The notes: generated by a model not told the origin, from the letters alone. Shown: positions 25,181 to 34,233, numbered from the stretch's first letter. The stretch is 64,000 nucleotides of DNA from an uncultured Candidatus Saccharibacteria bacterium (GCA_964425625.1 CAYRMI010000004.1:5444-69443), one strand, 5' to 3'. Made by a program: numbers and translations.

Positions 25181-25216
25181 GAAAAGGGGTCAGGAGCCTT
25201 TTATCAGGAGCCCTTT
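25181..25216. repeat. Second copy of the GAAAAGGGGTCAGGAGCCTTTTA stem-loop motif, with a partial reiteration
   Basis: The 23 nt at 25181-25203 are identical to 23437-23459. Lies in the promoter region of gene 24076..25050. Confidence 0.6.
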
Positions 25217-25345
25217 ACCTTTAGTGAGAATAATAATGACAGTCCACTTCCCTTTCCTTCTTTCAGTAGCTATAGGGTTGAAAATTATTAATAATCGATT
25301 GAAAATAGCCGGCGCTTGCGCACCGGCCATTCGTGGACATGCAGT

Positions 25346-25753
25346 TCACATCCATGTTCTCATGAATTTGACCAGTTCATCCAAACTGGTTTGCTTTGGC
25401 TCGGACGATGCGCCAATTCCACGTGCTTCGAATTTTCCAATCTCAGCAAATGGAAAGAAGAAAACATGGGCGTCGCACAACGGGTACTCTCTTTGTAGAG
25501 CAGGTAGACCAGACATCTCGTGCCGGGAAACCCAATCGGGGAAGGCCTTTGTTGAGTTGATGCCGAGGTTTATAGAAACCCCCTCGAATGCAATCGTTAA
25601 CAGCTCTCCCTGCTTCAAGTACACAGTGCCGGCTGCAATAGGGTTGGTCAACTTGTTTTCCCGGCTATATACCCGGAATTCATCGTGAGGAACCATTTCC
25701 GGAAAAAAACCCACACCTTCAGGGAACATTACAAACTTCATGACTTTCTCCAT
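25346..25753 (-). CDS. Hypothetical protein (possible cupin-like beta-barrel)
   Basis: MEKVMKFVMFPEGVGFFPEMVPHDEFRVYSRENKLTNPIAAGTVYLKQGELLTIAFEGVSINLG. Preferred over the overlapping + strand ORF 25224..25688, whose product is low-complexity. Confidence 0.35.
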   Translation of the reverse strand: MEKVMKFVMFPEGVGFFPEMVPHDEFRVYSRENKLTNPIAAGTVYLKQGELLTIAFEGVSINLGINSTKAFPDWVSRHEMSGLPALQREYPLCDAHVFFFPFAEIGKFEARGIGASSEPKQTSLDELVKFMRTWM

Positions 25754-26035
25754 TTTGGAACGGGTTGAGCAAATCAAATTTAATCACATAGCACAATAAT
25801 GCGCAATATATTTTGAGTAACTCTATTATTTCATCTGATTGTAAAAGAAAGTTGTTACAAAAAATAATAAAAATATTAATAGTTAAAATATAAATAGATA
25901 CATGGGTAAGATCTTAGAAAAAGCGTGTTGTAAGTTTAAACCTGCTTTTTGCTACATCCCACAATATGTAGCTTTATTGTCCCCGTCCCCTTTTTACGCT
26001 ATTTAATTAGACTGCAAATGAGAAAATCGAAAGCC

Positions 26036-27118
26036 TTAGATTTTCATCTCCTCAAGTCCTTTGTGGCAATTAGCTAAGTCTGAAGCAAGTGGGTTTTCTG
26101 CCCAAGCGCCAAGAATCGTTTGAATCACCAGCTGCGCATGTTCTATAAGCTGTTCCTTGGGAGCGTTGAAGCGTTCAAACGTGACACTACCATCACGCTT
26201 GTAGTCGCTAATAAGTTCGCTGATGTTACTTATCACATCACCCGACTTCAGCATCAATGATTCAGGCGAGAACTGACGTATTTCCTCTAGCGCCGCCTCC
26301 TTGCGTTCAAGCCATGATAACCCTCTATCTTTCTCAGTGACGCTATCTACCAGCCCTGCCACTATGTCGCCAAAACGCTCCGAGAGCATTTTTTTAGTTA
26401 CTTTGTGGTCAACTACACTATCTTCAATAGTGTCATGAAGAATCCCAGCCACTACAAGATCTTCACTTGCCCCTGCTTGTGAGAGAATGAGTCCGACAGT
26501 AAGCGGATGGGTGACATACGGAACCGCCTTCCCTTTCCTAAACTGAGGCTCACCAGTAAGTTGATGCACTTCAATTGAGAAATGAATCGCGTCTTGAATT
26601 TTGTTTGTGTAGATCATATTAATTTCATTATTGGCAATAATTTGTTCTCGTTTAGAATTCACTTCATCAGCCAGTTGGTTACACAATTTCGAGATTTGTT
26701 CTGCTGTTCCATTTTTCAGTACATCACTTACATCCCAAACACCCAGGAACTCTTTATTAGATTCTACTCTATCTCCGCTATTCCACCACACCTTTGGTGA
26801 TTCCTGTCCGGCAGGCCAATCGTACTGCAATCTTGGATATCCTGAATAAGTAACACTCTTTGATCCTTTCTTCGGTGACACTGGGGTATAAACTCGGTAA
26901 ATTAGATCATTACCACCTTCCCAATCAGTTGATTCATGCATTGAGTAGTGATAAAGCTGACTACATTCCTTGCACTGTAGTAGCATTTCCCTGTCATGAT
27001 CTTCATCAATATAGGTATCGATAATATCGAACATTTGCATACCGACTTGCTTCATATACTCCGGGTCGTTCCAAAGACGACATTGTGTGGGAGCTGTCTG
27101 TTTAGTTTGTTTTTCCAT
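26036..27118 (-). CDS. Fusion protein: unknown Cys-containing N-terminal domain plus C-terminal RelA/SpoT-type HD domain (small-alarmone-hydrolase/Mesh1-like)
   Basis: C-terminal half has YVTHPLTVGLILSQAGASEDLVVAGILHDTIEDS, matching the (p)ppGpp-hydrolase HD motif HPLxVAxILxxLxxDxxTxxAALLHDxxEDT. The first roughly 190 aa (CRLW ... CKECSQLYHY ...) has no recognisable family. Confidence 0.6.
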   Translation of the reverse strand: MEKQTKQTAPTQCRLWNDPEYMKQVGMQMFDIIDTYIDEDHDREMLLQCKECSQLYHYSMHESTDWEGGNDLIYRVYTPVSPKKGSKSVTYSGYPRLQYDWPAGQESPKVWWNSGDRVESNKEFLGVWDVSDVLKNGTAEQISKLCNQLADEVNSKREQIIANNEINMIYTNKIQDAIHFSIEVHQLTGEPQFRKGKAVPYVTHPLTVGLILSQAGASEDLVVAGILHDTIEDSVVDHKVTKKMLSERFGDIVAGLVDSVTEKDRGLSWLERKEAALEEIRQFSPESLMLKSGDVISNISELISDYKRDGSVTFERFNAPKEQLIEHAQLVIQTILGAWAENPLASDLANCHKGLEEMKI

Positions 27119-27335
27119 AATATTTATCTTAATTGTATAAAAGTTTTACGAGGAAACAAAAAACGGCTAGGAGATTTGATCCAGTCGTAAAACTGAATGA
27201 AATCTCCCAACCGTCTTAATGAGGTTAGTGATGAATGACTTGTGGCTTCCCGCAGATTTCCCAGGTTACCTACCAAGCCAAAGCTCGGAGACAGACATCA
27301 TAGTCATCCCTGACTACTCTTTTATTATAACACGT

Positions 27336-27800
27336 TTAATACCGATACGAAAGGCCGACCGCATCACTCCAGTAAGCAATGTTGCGTGGTTCAACTGGAT
27401 CGCCTGCTTCCCTCACCCGTTCCATCATTAAGTTATAAAATTCTTCCGCTACCTCTAGCGAATGTAGAAGTCTAGTACTTTTCAGTATTCGAGTAATCCG
27501 GAGGTGATTGTGGTCCATAACCGTCAGCCAGTGATAGTTCTCCAGGTAAAACCTAATCATCCGCTTTAAGGCTAGAGTTTGGTTAGCTAGAGCGATAGGA
27601 TCAGCTTTGATTAATTCTACCTCAGCCATATTCAAGACCGGTGCATCATGGACATTTTGACTTTCTTCAAGGAGCGGAAAGAGCCATTGGATGTAGTCAT
27701 GTTCGACTTCCAGCCACTCGTCATTTTGTTGCAATACTTCAGCAAAAGTTCTGCCGTTGTTATCGACTCCAGTTCCATTCAAGAAATCTGCTACTGACAT
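27336..27800 (-). CDS. OGFr_N-like domain protein (opioid growth factor receptor conserved region homologue)
   Basis: HDYIQWLFPLLEESQNVHDAPVLNMAEVELIKADP and DHNHLRITRILKSTRLLHSLE match OGFr_N blocks (HQYIQWLFPLREPGVNWHAKPLTLREVE ... HNNLRITRILKSLGELGLE). Confidence 0.6.
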   Translation of the reverse strand: MSVADFLNGTGVDNNGRTFAEVLQQNDEWLEVEHDYIQWLFPLLEESQNVHDAPVLNMAEVELIKADPIALANQTLALKRMIRFYLENYHWLTVMDHNHLRITRILKSTRLLHSLEVAEEFYNLMMERVREAGDPVEPRNIAYWSDAVGLSYRY

Positions 27801-27802
27801 AC

Positions 27803-28132
27803 TTATTGATTTACCACCCGTTCCGGCTCACCTCGATATGGAGCAATCACACCCTCGGCTTCCAAAGCATCAAGTAACGTAAAAGCTCTCTGATAACTGA
27901 TTTTAAAATGTTTCTGAAGTAATGATACTGAACAGCGTCCAGTCTCTTTTACATACGCTGTAGCAGCCTGTAGTAAACCATCAGGACCATACTCATCTAC
28001 TTCAGGCGCTATAGGCTCTATAGTCTCCTCAGCAATCAGTACTCGCTCCACCCGATGTACTTTCTCATACAGCTCACTCACCATCGCCACTAATGATTCG
28101 ATATCCTTTTCTAGTTCATGATTGTCGCTCAT
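27803..28132 (-). CDS. Small protein with C-terminal FtsK-gamma winged-helix DNA-binding domain
   Basis: LLQAATAYVKETGRCSVSLLQKHFKISYQRAFTLLDALEAEGVIAPYRGEPERVV aligns with FtsK gamma [56 protein letters not shown]. The N-terminus is coiled-coil. The stop is 2 nt from the OGFr-like start. Confidence 0.6.
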   Translation of the reverse strand: MSDNHELEKDIESLVAMVSELYEKVHRVERVLIAEETIEPIAPEVDEYGPDGLLQAATAYVKETGRCSVSLLQKHFKISYQRAFTLLDALEAEGVIAPYRGEPERVVNQ

Positions 28133-28325
28133 AAGTTTTTGTATAATAATCTATCACTTTCTTTTTGGTAACATTTTCTTAACTTTAAAGTTATCCGCAC
28201 TTACTAAAATTTCAGTACGTCAAGGGTATGGACAATTTGTACCCACCCTTGACCAAGTTCCATATCCCGTTGCTTCATTTTTTGAATATACTGCTTGGCA
28301 TCCAACGAATCAATTAAAACACGTA

Positions 28326-29054
28326 CTACTTTTTAACATCAACGTACAAAATTGGATTTTGACTCCCTTGGCTCATGAAATGCGTAACTGATTTATATCG
28401 GTAACGGTCGCATATCTCTTTGGGCGCTACTTTACCGTTAAACTCCCAGCGTCCAGGAGCTTCCTTAGATTGGTACCATTCCGACACTAGGTATACCTCG
28501 CGAATAATTCCCAAATACACGGCACAAGCATACTGGTACTTATGAACTTTCGCACTCACCTTCCAATGCTTTCTGGTAACTTCGTAAAGTGCTGGGCCAC
28601 TCATGCCATATTTATAGGCTTTGTTTATCCGGATTAGTACCAGTGGGTCTGCAATGACCGCTGGTTTAGCCTCATACTGAATTTCAATGTCTTCAATTTT
28701 TCTGATACCGGCTTCAGAGGTATAGTGACCTGACATGATATTTGTCAGAGCTATTTTTTGCACTGATTCGATGTAGTCAATCAATGATGCTTCAACAGCA
28801 AAGGCCTGATCTTCAGTAAGACCGTGCCTAATAATCATGTGTTGGACTTCTCTTCCTGCTGCCCGAATGGCTTTAATGGTGGCAATTTTCTCCACTTCTT
28901 TTATGTCCACTATTTCTGACGCTTCAACATGAGCGTAAATTCTATTTCCCTTTCCTTTTCCAACGTAAAATACCTTCTTGGTTCGTGGGTCAATTAAGGC
29001 ATATACGTAGAATTTTATTTTCTCGATGGTTGATTGTGATAGACGGGTTTTCAT
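28326..29054 (-). CDS. GIY-YIG nuclease domain protein with uncharacterised C-terminal domain
   Basis: N-terminus FYVYALIDPRTKKVFYVGKGKGNRIYAHV is a canonical GIY-YIG motif (YxYxL ... YVGKG ... R ... H). The roughly 150-aa C-terminal domain has no recognised motif. Confidence 0.65.
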   Translation of the reverse strand: MKTRLSQSTIEKIKFYVYALIDPRTKKVFYVGKGKGNRIYAHVEASEIVDIKEVEKIATIKAIRAAGREVQHMIIRHGLTEDQAFAVEASLIDYIESVQKIALTNIMSGHYTSEAGIRKIEDIEIQYEAKPAVIADPLVLIRINKAYKYGMSGPALYEVTRKHWKVSAKVHKYQYACAVYLGIIREVYLVSEWYQSKEAPGRWEFNGKVAPKEICDRYRYKSVTHFMSQGSQNPILYVDVKK

Positions 29055-29085
29055 AATGTATATTGTGTTCTTGATTATTAAATAA

Positions 29086-30606
29086 TTATATCTTCTTAAC
29101 TATACTCTCTAGCACCTCCCATATCTTCACCATCGCCAAAGTATCTAGTCTGCAATACTCCAACAAAGCATTTGTCTTCCTTTGCTTTTCTTCTTCATCA
29201 TACTCCCCCAGAGCAATCCGATTCCAAGTATCAGAAGCTGTCCCCCCTTCTTGAATCTCTAGATCCTTGTATGAAAGCTCTGGCACAAGAGTTGGCAATA
29301 CCAGCTTGATGGTTGTCCTGCCTAGAAATCCAGGATGAACATACACCGCTGTCTTTCCACCAAATGGCTCAATTAAGTCTACAATTCTATCCTGCACACC
29401 AGCAATAAATTCCTGGTATCGAGGAACCCGTTCCGCCAGCTGTTTATTAACCATCATTTCAAAAGTCTTATTCCAGACCAAAACACTCCCAGAGGCCGGT
29501 AATTGCGCTTGCATGGCGGCTAAAAAGCCTTCATCAGGATTTGTATCTCCGGTATGAATAAAGTCCGTATGGACCACTTCTGCCCCTGGCGAATCAATCA
29601 CATGAAGCGAGAACTGAAAAGGAATTTGTTGGTATGGTCTGTAGCCAAAGAAGCGCGGTATAGCTGACGGGTACGACTCATAATCAATAAAAGCCAGTGG
29701 GTACTCCAACCTAGCCAAAAACTCCCCGACCCCAGCTTCGTCTATATACGTTCGCCCAGACTGGGCCACATCGACCTGCCTGCGTTGGTTATCAGTCAGT
29801 TCAAAATCCACTGGAACATCATGAATATCGATAATTTCATCTTCAATCAGAGCCTCTAGTTTCTTTTTGCTGTTTCCAATTCGCGATATCTGATGCACTG
29901 AGTACTCGGGTAACTCAGGATTAGAATAGGCAAAAGTAGTGCAGTGATTATTTTTAGACTTACTCCAGCAGTCACAGTGCCCCGCCGGTTCACTTTCTTT
30001 AAGCAGGTACTCTCGCACCCCTGCCATTTGACCTTCAATGTCTAAAATGAGTGCATTTACTTCATCAGTAAAATTTAGTTTTAGAAAAAGCTCAGGCACG
30101 AACAACTCTCCCGAACGCACATACTGCTTATTCAATCTCACAAGATTTAGAGTTCCCAGGGGAATATTCACAGCGTCCATTACAACTTTCTGAAAAGCCA
30201 AGTCAATCAAATACTCCTGCTCCCGACGTCCCCCTTCCCCATCACCTTCTCGACTGGCAGATGAAGATTTTACCTCATACAGATCATAGACCTCCGTCCT
30301 TTCATTCCAAACAATAATATCCGCGACCGCCAAGTATTCACCTGTACTAAACACCGGCTGATAAATTATCGGAGTACGTTTAGCAATGAGCTCATTTGTG
30401 TATGCGGTATCATTTCTATCCTCCACCAATACTCCTCCGGGAAACAAATCCCGAGCCAATTCATCAATAACGTTACCAGTTTCAATAATATTCAACTCAA
30501 ACCCAGAAAGCGGGTTCGCCTTATACACCTCCGGCCGATGCACCTTAAGCCACGCATTTTTATTACACTCCCGAGCGATGAGAAAATCTGTTTTTGAAAG
30601 GGTCAT
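29086..30606 (-). CDS. Cas4/RecB-like PD-(D/E)XK nuclease plus DUF2779 (RNase-H-like/DEDD-like) domain protein
   Basis: N-terminus MTLSKTDFLIARECNKNAWL resembles the DUF2779-family start LSKSxFxxGxQCPKxLWL. PD-(D/E)XK residues: VADIIVWNE ... YEVKSS. C-terminal region FIDYESYP ... YCRLDTLAMVKIWEVL has acidic motifs like 3'-5' exonuclease Exo I/III. Confidence 0.55.
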   Translation of the reverse strand: MTLSKTDFLIARECNKNAWLKVHRPEVYKANPLSGFELNIIETGNVIDELARDLFPGGVLVEDRNDTAYTNELIAKRTPIIYQPVFSTGEYLAVADIIVWNERTEVYDLYEVKSSSASREGDGEGGRREQEYLIDLAFQKVVMDAVNIPLGTLNLVRLNKQYVRSGELFVPELFLKLNFTDEVNALILDIEGQMAGVREYLLKESEPAGHCDCWSKSKNNHCTTFAYSNPELPEYSVHQISRIGNSKKKLEALIEDEIIDIHDVPVDFELTDNQRRQVDVAQSGRTYIDEAGVGEFLARLEYPLAFIDYESYPSAIPRFFGYRPYQQIPFQFSLHVIDSPGAEVVHTDFIHTGDTNPDEGFLAAMQAQLPASGSVLVWNKTFEMMVNKQLAERVPRYQEFIAGVQDRIVDLIEPFGGKTAVYVHPGFLGRTTIKLVLPTLVPELSYKDLEIQEGGTASDTWNRIALGEYDEEEKQRKTNALLEYCRLDTLAMVKIWEVLESIVKKI

Positions 30607-30680
30607 TTTATTTTAAATTACAACACAAATTTAAGAGTTTTATTGTCCTTGACCCATTTCCACCCATTTCCATTATTTTA

Positions 30681-31355
30681 CTACAATGACTTAGTATACT
30701 CACACTCTGGGTAGGCAGAACAACCTAAGAATTTGCCATGTCTACCACTCCTTTCTATCAGAGGGCTACTACACTTTGGGCATAATTTTACGGAAATATC
30801 AGAAACTTCAGGTTCAACATCTTGTACCATCTTTATATATTTAAGAAGACCGAAACTATCGACAAGTTCAATTGGTTTATCTTCAGCGAACTTTTTCGCC
30901 TCTAGGGTGAATTTATTGGTAGTAATGAAGTATGCCTGCCCATTAAGTAGCCTATCGGCCAAAGCGCCGTAAAAATCTCTAACCTCGCTTACACCTACAG
31001 TAGAAGTAATGTATTTTTTACACTGGATATAACCTCTAACACCATCCTTTTCAATTTCTACATCTACTCCACCATCGTGTGACCTACCTACCGCTTCGGA
31101 TTTATAACCAAGCTTTTTAAATAACTCAGCTATATATGCTTCAAACTCGTAGGGCTTCATCTCTCTTAGCCATTGGATTAACTCTCTATCTGAGCGCCAA
31201 GTAGCTCCTTTATCAAATTTTTTGGCTAGAGACCAACCATTAAATCTTGAGATTAAAAAAGCTTTTAAAATTAAAAATAACGCAAAGGCAAAAATAAAGG
31301 CAAATAACGGCCAAAGTGTTGTCCAATATAAGTTTATAATAGCTTCAGCACTCAT
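30681..31355 (-). CDS. Membrane-anchored Mrr-cat restriction endonuclease-like protein with C-terminal topoisomerase-type C4 zinc ribbon
   Basis: N-terminal TM LWPLFAFIFAFALFLIL. Mrr-type core PYEFEAYIAELFKKLGYKSEAVGRSHDGGVDVEIEKDGVRGYIQCKKY ... VGVSEVRDFYGA. C-terminal CPKCSSPLIERSGRHGKFLGCSAYPECEY is a zf-C4_Topoisom motif. Confidence 0.7.
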   Translation of the reverse strand: MSAEAIINLYWTTLWPLFAFIFAFALFLILKAFLISRFNGWSLAKKFDKGATWRSDRELIQWLREMKPYEFEAYIAELFKKLGYKSEAVGRSHDGGVDVEIEKDGVRGYIQCKKYITSTVGVSEVRDFYGALADRLLNGQAYFITTNKFTLEAKKFAEDKPIELVDSFGLLKYIKMVQDVEPEVSDISVKLCPKCSSPLIERSGRHGKFLGCSAYPECEYTKSL

Positions 31356-31418
31356 GTGAAAATTATGACACAGTTTCCCAGTTTATATTGTACCTGTCCA
31401 CTTTTCCTTTATTATACT

Positions 31419-31889
31419 TTATAGATTTATTTGATACTGTACTCTCTTATTTATAACCTTGTCTTCTAATTCAACTGCCGTTACTAGAGAGTAACCTAAA
31501 GATTCGGGATGAAGACTGACGAAACAAAATTTATACTGCTCTCCAAGCTGTTCCGTAAGATCAAATTCATTTTGGGTTGCTCCGAAGAAAAATCCTTTAG
31601 GATTGTTTGGTAGGTACTTTTGAGTTGTCTTAAGTTCAATCAGAGTAACCTTTTTAACATCTTTAAATGTAATTTCTTGTTCATCACTGGTGTGTCCGGG
31701 TAATATAAATAAATCAAAGGTACGTGAATATTTCTTGTCTAAATCGAGAATATCTAGAAGTTGTTTCCTGCCCTCTTTTGTTGGAAGCAAAAAACGTTTA
31801 TCGATTGATAATAAATAATCAATCGCTTGCTTCTCAGTCTTGTTATTGGAAAGGGTTATTTTGTAAGAATGAATCGACGCCATTCCCAC
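31419..31889 (-). CDS. Small hypothetical protein, possible PD-(D/E)XK-fold nuclease
   Basis: FDLFILPGH ... KVTLIELKTT gives a D ... E-x-K arrangement. No other recognisable features. Confidence 0.3.
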   Translation of the reverse strand: MGMASIHSYKITLSNNKTEKQAIDYLLSIDKRFLLPTKEGRKQLLDILDLDKKYSRTFDLFILPGHTSDEQEITFKDVKKVTLIELKTTQKYLPNNPKGFFFGATQNEFDLTEQLGEQYKFCFVSLHPESLGYSLVTAVELEDKVINKRVQYQINL

Positions 31890-31927
31890 AACTTAACCAG
31901 ATCAAACACAATAGATCAATAGGTGTC

Positions 31928-34231
31928 TCACACATCAATCTTACAAACAAACAGTCCCAGAATCTTGAACTCGTCGTCTGCGGTCAATATTCTAATTTTA
32001 TGCTCCGGATTGGTCGACTTTGGAATAAGAATTAAGCCGTCTTTTTCTACTTTTATCTGCTTAAGGGTTGCGTCATCCCCTATTAGCACCACCGCGTTTC
32101 CACTAGTTGCGTTTAAGTTCTTCTGACACAAAATTATATCCCCATCATTTATACCAAGTTGATTCATTGAATCCCCTCGAGTATGGAGTGCAAAGTACTT
32201 AGCACCAGGCTTTATTAGCCACCTCGGTACTTTGATAGTTTCGTCACTAGTCGAGTCCGCGAGCATTAATTCACCACAACCAACAGAGTCGTACAGTGGT
32301 AGCTCAACCATATCCTCTTGATATGGTGAAATGATTTCATCAGGTTCACTGGTACTTTTGTTCGTCTTGAATGAGTCGTTACCCAGCATTCCTCTAAAAT
32401 AATTTTCAGTCTCCTTATCACAGAAATATACATAACAGCCTTTCTGACCTCTGGTCATGAGAGTCCGGTATGTATTCTTGATGATTAAATCTAACTGCTT
32501 TCGTACAGCTTCTTCATTTCCTTCTTTTGCCATCTTCTTCCAACCATGGATGGATTTATCTGTACTCGCTCTAGCTTCCGGCACTGATATAATCTTACCT
32601 TCTCGAACAACTAGATCAGGACCGATAATTACACCAACGTAATCTACTTCTAGCCCTTGGCTAGTATGGATGCAACCGACTTCAGACACTGACTCTGGTT
32701 GAACAATCCAAGCTTGGCCATCCTCATCTAGATTCCAAGTGGCTCGATAGTTATCAATAACAATATCTTTAAGAATTGGTTTCTTTTTACTTATCCATTT
32801 CCAACAATAGCCTGCCAACATGCGAGCTTTATTCTTCTCTTTATTTTTCTCCTTTATTGTGTCGTGCAATCTCTGTGGGTTATCAAAAATTTGAAAATCA
32901 TAATTAATTCCCTCCAGGGTATCGTTAGCTGTGTCGCGTATTTGTAGTACTTCATCCAACCACGCCAAGTAACCATTTGATCCATTGCAGCGAAATTGTG
33001 ATTCGAGTTGCATGAGCGTTATTTCTGTGCCTTGCGCTTTTGCGTGAGCGGTAATTTCCTCCACGCTACCAATATCTTTGAGTGTTACTTTTTGGTCTTC
33101 ATCGACAAAGAAAATACTAAACTTTGAAGCATTGATTATTTCTTTCACTTGATTCTCGCCAAGATGACTGAACATACCTGACTTAGCATTGAGCCTATGT
33201 GCTTCATCAACAATTAGCGCATCGTACATATCCTCTTCAGCATTATGAAAAGAGCCTGAGCCACTAAACATGTTTGAAATGTGGGATTTTTTGAAGGTTC
33301 CAGTTAGCTTGATTTCATATACTTCACGAGGAGCTGAATTTCGAGTAACATATTGCGCAACAAGCGACTCCTTGGTTAGATTAACTAATAGATTAATAGC
33401 TAAGACTGATTTACCAGTACCTGGACCGCCTTGTACAATAAGCACGTTTTTGTTTGTAATTGATGACTTGCGAGCAAGTTGTAGCGCGGTTTCGTAGACC
33501 ACCTTTTGATCATCAATCATAACAAACTCTTCATTACCTTTGAGCATGGAAGAGAGTTGGTCTGCAAGACCTTTAGAAGGTCTTATCTTTCCGTGATCAA
33601 TGCGATACATGATTTGGTTTTTGTCACCATGTCTAACATGTTGCTTAATAAAATCACGTAACTTAATTGCGTCAGGTTTAAGAAAGATTGGAGCCTTTTC
33701 AATATATTCACTATAAAAATCGTGACTGATCACTGAATCAGGTTCGTAATTGTGTAAATAGGCACATGGATAAAGCTGGATACACTCCTCTTCTACCGTC
33801 GCATTAAAATCTTCTAAAAGTCTTTTATATGACCAAGCTTGATACGAAGGATGAGACGTCTCTTGTTCACCGTGCTTGAAACGAGTAACCACTACAGCGT
33901 CTTTGTCCGTAAGTTCGGCTTGTGTCCATTGTTTTAATTCAATCAAAATAGCAGTATCTTGATTCTGATTATCGCGTCCAGTAATAATAAAATCAACGCG
34001 CTTAGAAGATTGTGGTATATGATACTCAATAGCTACACCAGCATCAGCTGGTATCTCTGTATCTGAAAGCACTCGATCCATGTATTGTAGCGAGTTAGTC
34101 CATGACATGACCTCAGAGTGCCCGGTACTTCGACCAGTGACTTCTTTGTATGTCTCAAGAATAATATTTCCTATGTCATTGGACATGACGTCGTTCTGAA
34201 ATTGTTCTTTCGAGGCCGAGTAGACAATCAT
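31928..34231 (-). CDS. Multidomain protein: N-terminal PD-(D/E)XK nuclease, DUF2075-type SF1 ATPase/helicase (Nhi/Schlafen-like), C-terminal LexA/UmuD-type S24 autopeptidase domain
   Basis: Nuclease region: VDFIITGRDNQNQDTAILIELKQW. ATPase: VLIVQGGPGTGKSVLAINLL (Walker A) and ALIVDEAHRL (Walker B). DUF2075-like core follows. S24 region: LPLYDSVGCGELMLADS aligns with the LexA cleavage region LPLVGRVAAGEPLLAQQ and the UmuD Cys-Gly site. GDSM (Ser nucleophile) and GINDGDIIL ... ATLKQIKV (catalytic Lys) are also present. Confidence 0.7.
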   Translation of the reverse strand: MIVYSASKEQFQNDVMSNDIGNIILETYKEVTGRSTGHSEVMSWTNSLQYMDRVLSDTEIPADAGVAIEYHIPQSSKRVDFIITGRDNQNQDTAILIELKQWTQAELTDKDAVVVTRFKHGEQETSHPSYQAWSYKRLLEDFNATVEEECIQLYPCAYLHNYEPDSVISHDFYSEYIEKAPIFLKPDAIKLRDFIKQHVRHGDKNQIMYRIDHGKIRPSKGLADQLSSMLKGNEEFVMIDDQKVVYETALQLARKSSITNKNVLIVQGGPGTGKSVLAINLLVNLTKESLVAQYVTRNSAPREVYEIKLTGTFKKSHISNMFSGSGSFHNAEEDMYDALIVDEAHRLNAKSGMFSHLGENQVKEIINASKFSIFFVDEDQKVTLKDIGSVEEITAHAKAQGTEITLMQLESQFRCNGSNGYLAWLDEVLQIRDTANDTLEGINYDFQIFDNPQRLHDTIKEKNKEKNKARMLAGYCWKWISKKKPILKDIVIDNYRATWNLDEDGQAWIVQPESVSEVGCIHTSQGLEVDYVGVIIGPDLVVREGKIISVPEARASTDKSIHGWKKMAKEGNEEAVRKQLDLIIKNTYRTLMTRGQKGCYVYFCDKETENYFRGMLGNDSFKTNKSTSEPDEIISPYQEDMVELPLYDSVGCGELMLADSTSDETIKVPRWLIKPGAKYFALHTRGDSMNQLGINDGDIILCQKNLNATSGNAVVLIGDDATLKQIKVEKDGLILIPKSTNPEHKIRILTADDEFKILGLFVCKIDV

Positions 34232-34233
34232 AA

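Noticed and set aside
25224-25688. 154-aa + strand ORF overlapping 25346..25753 (-)
   Set aside because: Product is low-complexity with many Arg/Ser/Cys. The minus-strand frame gives a more globular, conserved-looking sequence and fits the uniformly minus-strand organisation of the region.
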